From positions 163,866,001 to 163,930,000 of the forward strand of contig OZ024742.1 of assembly GCA_964016885.1 (NCBI GenBank): a stretch of DNA of 64,000 bases, in the 5' to 3' direction. The notes below the pieces were generated by a model. The model did not search any database, was not told where the DNA came from, and saw only the letters and a list, made by a program, of their open reading frames with translations. The translations under genes were made by a program, and so were the position numbers. Below are positions 56,631 to 64,000 of the stretch, piece after piece. The first letter of the stretch is position 1; every line of letters starts with the position of its first letter. The stretch is from Eledone cirrhosa (Eukaryota).

Positions 56631-59600
56631 TTTTACAAATTATCTCCGCCTGATTTTTTTAAATATTATCTTCCCTTGGCTGGCGGGAAATTATCTCCCC
56701 TTGGACGGCTGAAAATTATCTCCCCTTGGACGGCTGGAAATTATCTCCCCTTGATTTTTTTTACAAATTATCTCCCCCTGATTATTTTTTACAAATTATC
56801 TTTCCCTGATTTTTTTTTACAAATTATCTCCCCCTGATTTTTTTTACAAATTATCTCCCCCTGATTTTTTTACAAATTATCTCCCCTTGGCTGGCTGGAA
56901 ATTATCTCCCCTTGGAGGCTGGAATTTATCTCCCCTTGGACGGCTGGAAATTATCTCTCCTTGGACGGCTAGTAATTACCTCTCCTTGGACGGCTGGAAA
57001 ATATGTCTCGTTGGAGGGCTGGAAATTATCTCCCCTTGGACGGCTGGAAATTATCTCCCCTTGGACGGCTGGAAATTATCTCTCCTTGGACGGCTAGAAA
57101 TTACTTCTCCTTGGACGGCTGAAAATTATCTCTCCTTGGACGGCTGGAAATTATCTCCCCTTGGACGGCTAGATATTACCTCCCCTTGGACGGCTGGAAA
57201 TTATCTCCCCTTGATTTTTTTACAAATTATCTCCCCCTGATTTTTTTTACAAATTATCTCCACCTGATTTTTTTACAAATTATCTCCCCCTGATTTTTTT
57301 TACAAATTATCTCCGCCTAATTTTTTTAAATATTATCTTCCCTTGGCTGGCGGGAAATTATCTCCCCTTGGACGGCTGAAAATTATCTCCCCTTGGACGG
57401 CTGGAAATTATCTCCCCTTGATTTTTTATACAAATTATCTCCCCCTGATTTTTTTTTACAAATTATCTCCCCCTGATTTTTTTTTACAAATTATCTCCCC
57501 CTGATTTTTTTTACAAATTATCTCCCCTTGGCTGGCTGGAAATTATCTCCCCTTGGAGGCTGGAATTTATCTCCCCTTGGACGGCTAGAAATTACCTCTC
57601 CTTGGACGGCTGGAAAATATGTCCTTGGACGGCTGGATATTATCTACCCTTGGACGGCTGGAAATTATCTCCCCTTGGACGGCTGGAAATTATCTCCCCT
57701 TGGACGGTTAGATATTACCTCCCCTTGGAAGGCTGGAAATTATCTCCCCTTGATTTTTTTTACAAATTATCTCCCCCTGATTTTTTTTACAAATCTAATG
57801 ATTTTTAAAAAAAATTATCTCCCCTTCGCTGGCTGGAAATTATCTCCCCTTCGCTGGCTGGAAATTATCTCCCCTTGGACGCTGGAAATTATAGCCCCTT
57901 GGAGGGCTGGAAATTATCTTCCCTTGGACGGCTGGAAATTATCTCCCCTTGGCTCGAAATTATCTCCCCTTGGACGGCTAGAAATTATCTCTCTTTGGAC
58001 GGCTGGAAATTATCTCCCTTTGATTTTTTTTACAAATTATCTCCCCCTGATTTTTTTTACAAATCTCCCCCTGATTTTTTAAAAAAAATTATCTCCCCTT
58101 CGCTGGCTGGAAATTATCTCCCCTTGGACACTGGAAATTATAGCCCCTTGGAGGGCTGGAAATTATCTCCCCTTGGACGGCTAGAAATTACCTCTCATTG
58201 GACGGCTGAAAATTATCTCCCCTTGGACGGCTGGAAATTATCTCCCCTTGATTTTTTTTACAAATTATCTCCCCCTGATTTTTTTTTACAAATTTTCTCC
58301 CCCTGATTTTTTTTTTACAAATTATCTCCGCCTGATTTTTTTTTAAAATTATCTCTCCTTGGACGGCTGGATATTATCTCCCCTTTCATTTTTTTTACAA
58401 ATTATCTCCCCCTGATTTTTTTTTACAAATTATCTTCCCCTGATTTTTTTTTACAAATTATCTACCCCTAATTTTTTTTTACAAATTATCTCCCCCTGAT
58501 TTTTTTTACAAATTATCTCCCCCTGATTTTTTTTTTACAAATTATCTCCCCCTGATTTTTTTACAAATTATCTCCCCCTGATTTTTTTTACAAATTATCT
58601 CCGCCTGATTTTTTTAAATATTATCTTCTCTTGGCTGGCGGGAAATTATCTCCCCTTGGACGGCTGAAAATTATCTCCCCTTGGACGGCTGGAAATTATC
58701 TCCCCTTGATTTTTTTTACAAATTATCTCCCCCTGATTTTTTTTTACAAATTATCTCCCCCTGATTTTTTTTTACAAATTATCTCCCCCTGATTTTTTTT
58801 TACAAATTATCTCCCCCTGATTTTTTTTACAAATTATCTCCCCCTGATTTTTTTACAAATTATCTCCCCTTGGCTGACTGGAAATTATCTCCCCTTGGAG
58901 GCTGGAATTTATCTCCCCTTGGACGGCTAGAAATTACCTCTCCTTGGACGGCTGGAAAATATGTCCTTGGACGGCTGGATATTATCTACCCTTGGACGGC
59001 TGGAAATTATCTCCCCTTGGACGGCTGGAAATTATCTCCCCTTGGACGGCTAGATATTACCTCCCCTTGGACGGCTGGAAATTATCTCCCCTTGATTTTT
59101 TTTACAAATTATCTCCCCCTGATTTTTTTTTACAAATTATCTCCCCCTGATTTTTTTTTACAAATTATCTACCCCTGATTTTTTTTTACAAATTATCTCC
59201 CCCTGATTTTTTTTACAAATTATCTCTCCCTGATTTTTTTTTACAAATTATCTCCCCCTGATTTTTTTTTACAAATTATCTACCCCTGATTTTTTTTTAC
59301 AAATTATCTCCCCCTGATTTTTTTTACAAATTATCTCCCCCTGATTTTTTTTACAAATTATCTCCCCCTGATTTTTTTACAAATTATCTCCCCCCGATTT
59401 TTTTTACAAATTATCTCCGCCTAATTTTTTTAAATATTATCTTCCCTTGGCTGGCGGGAAATTATCTCCCCTTGGACGGCTGAAAATTATCTCCCCTTGG
59501 ACGGCTGGAAATTATCTCCCCTTGATTTTTTTACAAATTATCTCCCCCTGATTATTTTTTACAAATTATCTCCCCCTGATTTTTTTTTACAAATTATCTC

Positions 59601-62600
59601 CCTCTGATTTTTTTTACAAATTATCTACCCTTGGCTGGCTGAAAATTATCTCCCCTTGGAGGCTGGAATTTATCTCCCCTTGGACGGTTAGAAATTACCT
59701 CTCCTTGGACTGCTGGAAAATATGTCTCCTTGGACGGCTGGAAATATCTCCCCTTGGACGGCTGGAAATTATCTCCCCTTAGACGGCTGGAAATTATCTC
59801 TCCTCGGACGACTAGAAATTACCTCTCCTTGGACAGCTGAAAATTATCTCCCCTTGGACGGCTGGAAATTATCTCCCCTTGATTTTTTTTACAAATTATC
59901 TCCCCCTGATTTTTTTTTACAAATTATCTCCCCCTGATTTTTTTTACAAATTATCTCCCCCTGATATTTTTTACAAATTATCTCCCCCTGATTTTTTTAC
60001 AAATTATCTCCCCTTGGCTGGCTGGAAATTATCTCCCTTTGGAGGCTGGAATTTATCTCCCCTTGGACGGCTAGAAATTACCTCGCCTTGGACGGCTGGA
60101 AAAAATGTCTCCTTGGACGGCTGGAAATTATCTCCCCTTGGACGGCTGGAAATTATCTCCCCTTGGACGGCTGGAAATTATCTCCCCTTGGACGGCTAGA
60201 TATTACCTCCCCTTGGACGGCTGGAAATTATCTCCCCTTGATTTTTTTTACAAATTATCTCCCCCTGATTTTTTTTTACAAATTATCTCCCCCTGATTTT
60301 TTTTTACGAATCATCTCCCCCTGATTTTTTTTTACAAATTATCTCCGCCTGATTTTTTTTTTAAAATTATCTCCCCTTGAACGGCTGGAAATTATCTCCC
60401 CTTGGACGGCTGGAAATTATCTCCCCTTGGACGGCTAGAAATTACCTCTCCTTGGACGGCTGAAAATTATCTCCCCTTGAACGGCTGCAAATTATCTCCC
60501 CTTGATTTTTTAACAAATTATCTCCCCCTGATTTTTTTTTACAAATTATCTCCCCCTGATTTTTTTTTACAAATTATCTACGCCTAATTTTTTTTACAAA
60601 TTATCTCCCCCTGATTTTTTTTTACAAATTATCTCCCCCTGATTTTTTTTACAAATTATCTCCCCCTGATTTTTTTTTACAAATTATTTCCCCCTGATTT
60701 TTTTACAAATTATCTCCCCTCTGATTTTTTTACAATCTCCGCCTGATTTTTTTAAAAATTATCTTCCCTTGGCTGGCGGGAAATTATCTCCCCTTGGACG
60801 GCTGGAAATTATATCCCCTTGGACGGCTGGAAATTACCTCCCCTTGGACAGCTGGAAATTATCTGCCCTTGATTTTGTTTTTACAAATTATCTCCCCCTG
60901 ATTTTTTTTACAAATTATCTCCACCTGATTTTTAAAAAAATTATCTCCCCTTGGACGGCTGGAAATTATCTCCCCTTGATTTTTTTACAAATTATCTCCC
61001 CCTGATTTTTTTTACAAATTATCTCCCCCTGATTTTTTTTTTACAAATTATCTCCCCCTGATTTTTTTACAAATTATCTCCCCCTGATTTTTTTTACAAA
61101 TTATCTCCGCCTGATTTTTTTAAATATTATCTTCCCTTGGCTGGCGGGAAATTATCTCCCCTTGGACGGCTGAAAATTATCTCCCCTTGGACGGCTGGAA
61201 ATTATCTCCCCTTGATTTTTTTTACAAATTATCTCCCCCTGATTTTTTTTTACAAATTATCTCCCCCTGATTTTTTTTTACAAATTATCTCCACCTGATT
61301 TTTTTTTACAAATTATCTGCCCCTGATTTTTTTAACAAATTATCTCCCCCTGATTTTTTTACAAATTATCTCCCCTTGGCTGGCTGGAAATTATCTCCCC
61401 TTGGAGGCTGGAATTTATCTCCCCTTGGACGGCTAGAAATTACCTCTCCTTGGACGGCTGGAAAATATTTCTCCTTGGACGGCTGGATATTATCTAACCT
61501 TGGACGGGTGGAAATTATCTCCCCTTGGACGGCTGGAAATTATCTCCCCTTGGACGGCTAGATATTACCTCCCCTTGGACGGCTGGAAATTATCTCCCCT
61601 TGATTTCTTTTACAAATTATCTCCCCCTGATTTTTTTTTTACAAATTATCTCCCCCTGATTTTTTTACAAATTATCTCCCCCTGATTTTTTTACAAATTA
61701 TCTCCCCCTGATTTTTTTTACAAATTATCTCCGCCTGATTTTTTTAAATATTATCTTCCCTTGGCTGGCGGGAAATTATCTCCCCTTGGACGGCTGAAAA
61801 TTATCTCCCCTTGGACGGCTGGAAATTATCTCCCCTTGATTTTTTTTACAAATTATCTCCCCCTGATTATTTTTTACAAATTATCTTTCTCTGATTTTTT
61901 TTTACAAATTATCTCACCCTGATTTTTTTTACAAATTATCTCCCCCTGATTTTTTTACAAATTATCTCCCCTTGGCTGGCTGGAAATTATCTCCCCTTGG
62001 AGGCTGGAATTTATCTCCCCTTGGACGGCTGGAAATTATCTCTCCTTGGACGGCTAGTAATTACCTCTCCTTGGACGGCTGGAAAATATGTCTCGTTGGA
62101 GGGCTGGAAATTATCTCCCCTTGGACGGCTGGAAATTATCTCCCCTTGGACGGCTGGAAATTATCTCTCCTTGGACGGCTAGAAATTACTTCTCCTTGGA
62201 CGGCTGAAAATTATCTCTCCTTGGACGGCTGGAAATTATCTCCCCTTGGACGGCTAGATATTACCTCCCCTTGGACGGCTGGAAATTATCTCCCCTTGAT
62301 TTTTTTTACAAATTATCTCCCCCTGATTTTTTTTACAAATTATCTCCACCTGATTTTTTTACAAATTATCTCCCCCTGATTTTTTTTACAAATTATCTCC
62401 GCCTAATTTTTTTAAATATTATCTTCCCTTGGCTGGCGGGAAATTATCTCCCCTTGGACGGCTGAAAATTATCTCCCCTTGGACGGCTGGAAATTATCTC
62501 CCCTTGATTTTTTATACAAATTATCTCCCCCTGATTTTTTTTTACAAATTATCTCCCCCTGATTTTTTTTTACAAATTATCTCCCCCTGATTTTTTTTAC

Positions 62601-64000
62601 AAATTATCTCCCCTTGGCTGGCTGGAAATTATCTCCCCTTGGAGGCTGGAATTTATCTCCCCTTGGACGGCTAGAAATTACCTCTCCTTGGACGGCTGGA
62701 AAATATGTCCTTGGACGGCTGGATATTATCTACCCTTGGACGGCTGGAAATTATCTCCCCTTGGACGGCTGGAAATTATCTCCCCTTGGACGGCTAGATA
62801 TTACCTCCCCTTGGACGGCTGGAAATTATCTCCCCTTGATTTTTTTTACAAATTATCTCCCCCTGATTTTTTTTACAAATCTAATGATTTTTTAAAAAAA
62901 ATTATCTCCCCTTCGCTGGCTGGAAATTATCTCCCCTTCGCTGGCTGGAAATTATCTCCCCTTGGACGCTGGAAATTATAGCCCCTTGGAGGGCTGGAAA
63001 TTATCTTCCCTTGGACGGCTGGAAATTATCTCCCCTTGGCTCGAAATTATCTCCCCTTGGACGGCTAGAAATTATCTCTCTTTGGACGGCTGGAAATTAT
63101 CTCCCTTTGATTTTTTTTACAAATTATCTCCCCCTGATTTTTTTTACAAATCTCCCCCTGATTTTTTAAAAAAAATTATCTCCCCTTCGCTGGCTGGAAA
63201 TTATCTCCCCTTGGACACTGGAAATTATAGCCCCTTGGAGGGCTGGAAATTATCTCCCCTTGGACGGCTAGAAATTACCTCTCATTGGACGGCTGAAAAT
63301 TATCTCCCCTTGGACGGCTGGAAATTATCTCCCCTTGATTTTTTTTACAAATTATCTCCCCCTGATTTTTTTTTACAAATTATCTCCCCCTGATTTTTTT
63401 TTTACAAATTATCTCCGCCTGATTTTTTTTTAAAATTATCTCTCCTTGGACGGCTGGATATTATCTCCCCTTTCATTTTTTTTACAAATTATCTCCCCCT
63501 GATTTTTTTTTACAAATTATCTTCCCCTGATTTTTTTTTACAAATTATCTACCCCTAATTTTTTTTTACAAATTATCTCCCCCTGATTTTTTTTACAAAT
63601 TATCTCCCCCTGATTTTTTTTTTACAAATTATCTCCCCCTGATTTTTTTACAAATTATCTCCCCCTGATTTTTTTTACAAATTATCTCCGCCTGATTTTT
63701 TTAAATATTATCTTCTCTTGGCTGGCGGGAAATTATCTCCCCTTGGACGGCTGAAAATTATCTCCCCTTGGACGGCTGGAAATTATCTCCCCTTGATTTT
63801 TTTTACAAATTATCTCCCCCTGATTTTTTTTTACAAATTATCTCCCCCTGATTTTTTTTTACAAATTATCTCCCCCTGATTTTTTTTTACAAATTATCTC
63901 CCCCTGATTTTTTTTACAAATTATCTCCCCCTGATTTTTTTACAAATTATCTCCCCTTGGCTGACTGGAAATTATCTCCCCTTGGAGGCTGGAATTTATC
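55660..64000. repeat. ~5.09-kb higher-order repeat, continues past window end
   Basis: ORFs 56887/61972 (5085), 57528/62614 (5086), 57875/62962 (5087); rare variant TTGGCTGACTGG at 58870 and 63957 (5087). Confidence 0.88.

Larger units (their letters stand above)
1..64000. repeat. Composite two-monomer satellite DNA array (25-bp type A and ~27-bp type B monomers), extends beyond both window ends
   Basis: Every line consists of GGAAATTATCTCCCCTTGGACGGCT or ACAAATTATCTCCCCCTGA(T)7-10 or point/indel variants, all in one orientation. No unique sequence was seen. Confidence 0.98.

Noticed and set aside
60-63393. Numerous plus-strand ORFs (60-188 aa) encoding NYLPLDGWKLSPLGRLEIISPWTAG and TNYLPLIFF/YKLSPPDFF repeats
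   Set aside because: The 25-bp consensus simply has no plus-strand stop, so overlapping frames give the same peptide. Starts are mostly TTG from the repeat. Common variants (CTAGA, CTGAA) introduce stops and T-run variation shifts frames, so there is no sign of coding constraint.
1-64000. CRISPR-like constant repeat with variable spacer
   Set aside because: The constant part is only about 13-16 bp and the intervening sequences are about 9-13 bp of two recurring types, not unique spacers. No cas genes or leader are present.
1-64000. Telomerase-synthesised telomeric repeat (some yeasts have 25-bp units)
   Set aside because: Two monomer types, fixed variant cassettes, kb-scale HORs and more than 64 kb length indicate recombination-driven satellite. 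I recognise no telomere motif. A subtelomeric location is not excluded.
1-64000. T-tracts as intrinsic or Pol III terminators
   Set aside because: There are no preceding GC hairpins or transcription units; the tracts are integral to monomer B.
1-64000. Absence of minus-strand ORFs as a sign of directional coding
   Set aside because: It is explained by TTA in the core (TAA on the minus strand) cycling through all frames.
1-64000. Embedded transposon, inversion or unique island
   Set aside because: None seen on reading. All deviations are substitutions or small indels of the two monomers, such as 21-, 23- and 24-bp A variants.
1-64000. Pure sequencing artefact (adapter/primer concatemer)
   Set aside because: Hierarchically shared variants and nested duplications indicate real evolutionary history, and I recognise no adapter sequence.

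Overview
The whole 64 kb window is one uninterrupted, head-to-tail satellite DNA array, most likely eukaryotic heterochromatin; the organism cannot be determined from the sequence. I found no supportable genes, RNA genes, mobile elements, CRISPR array or unique sequence. Two monomers share the core AAATTATCTCCCC(T/C)TG. Type A is 25 bp (GGAAATTATCTCCCCTTGGACGGCT, 52% GC). Type B is about 26-29 bp (ACAAATTATCTCCCCCTGA + T7-10, about 30% GC). They alternate in short runs, roughly 2,400 monomers in total (estimated as 64000/26). Runs form a small set of recognisable cassettes with fixed variant order and junction-specific monomers. These cassettes are arranged in nested higher-order repeats (HORs) with changing periods: about 3.1/3.5/3.9/7.4 kb, 4.5/6.0 kb, 5.6/6.6 kb and 4.85/5.09 kb, plus local duplications of 310, 679, 1481, 1619 and 1779 bp. 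Periods were derived from offsets between matching ORF-track entries and rare variants, and boundaries are approximate. All ORFs are repeat artefacts. The interest lies in the satellite's architecture, and any function is inference.
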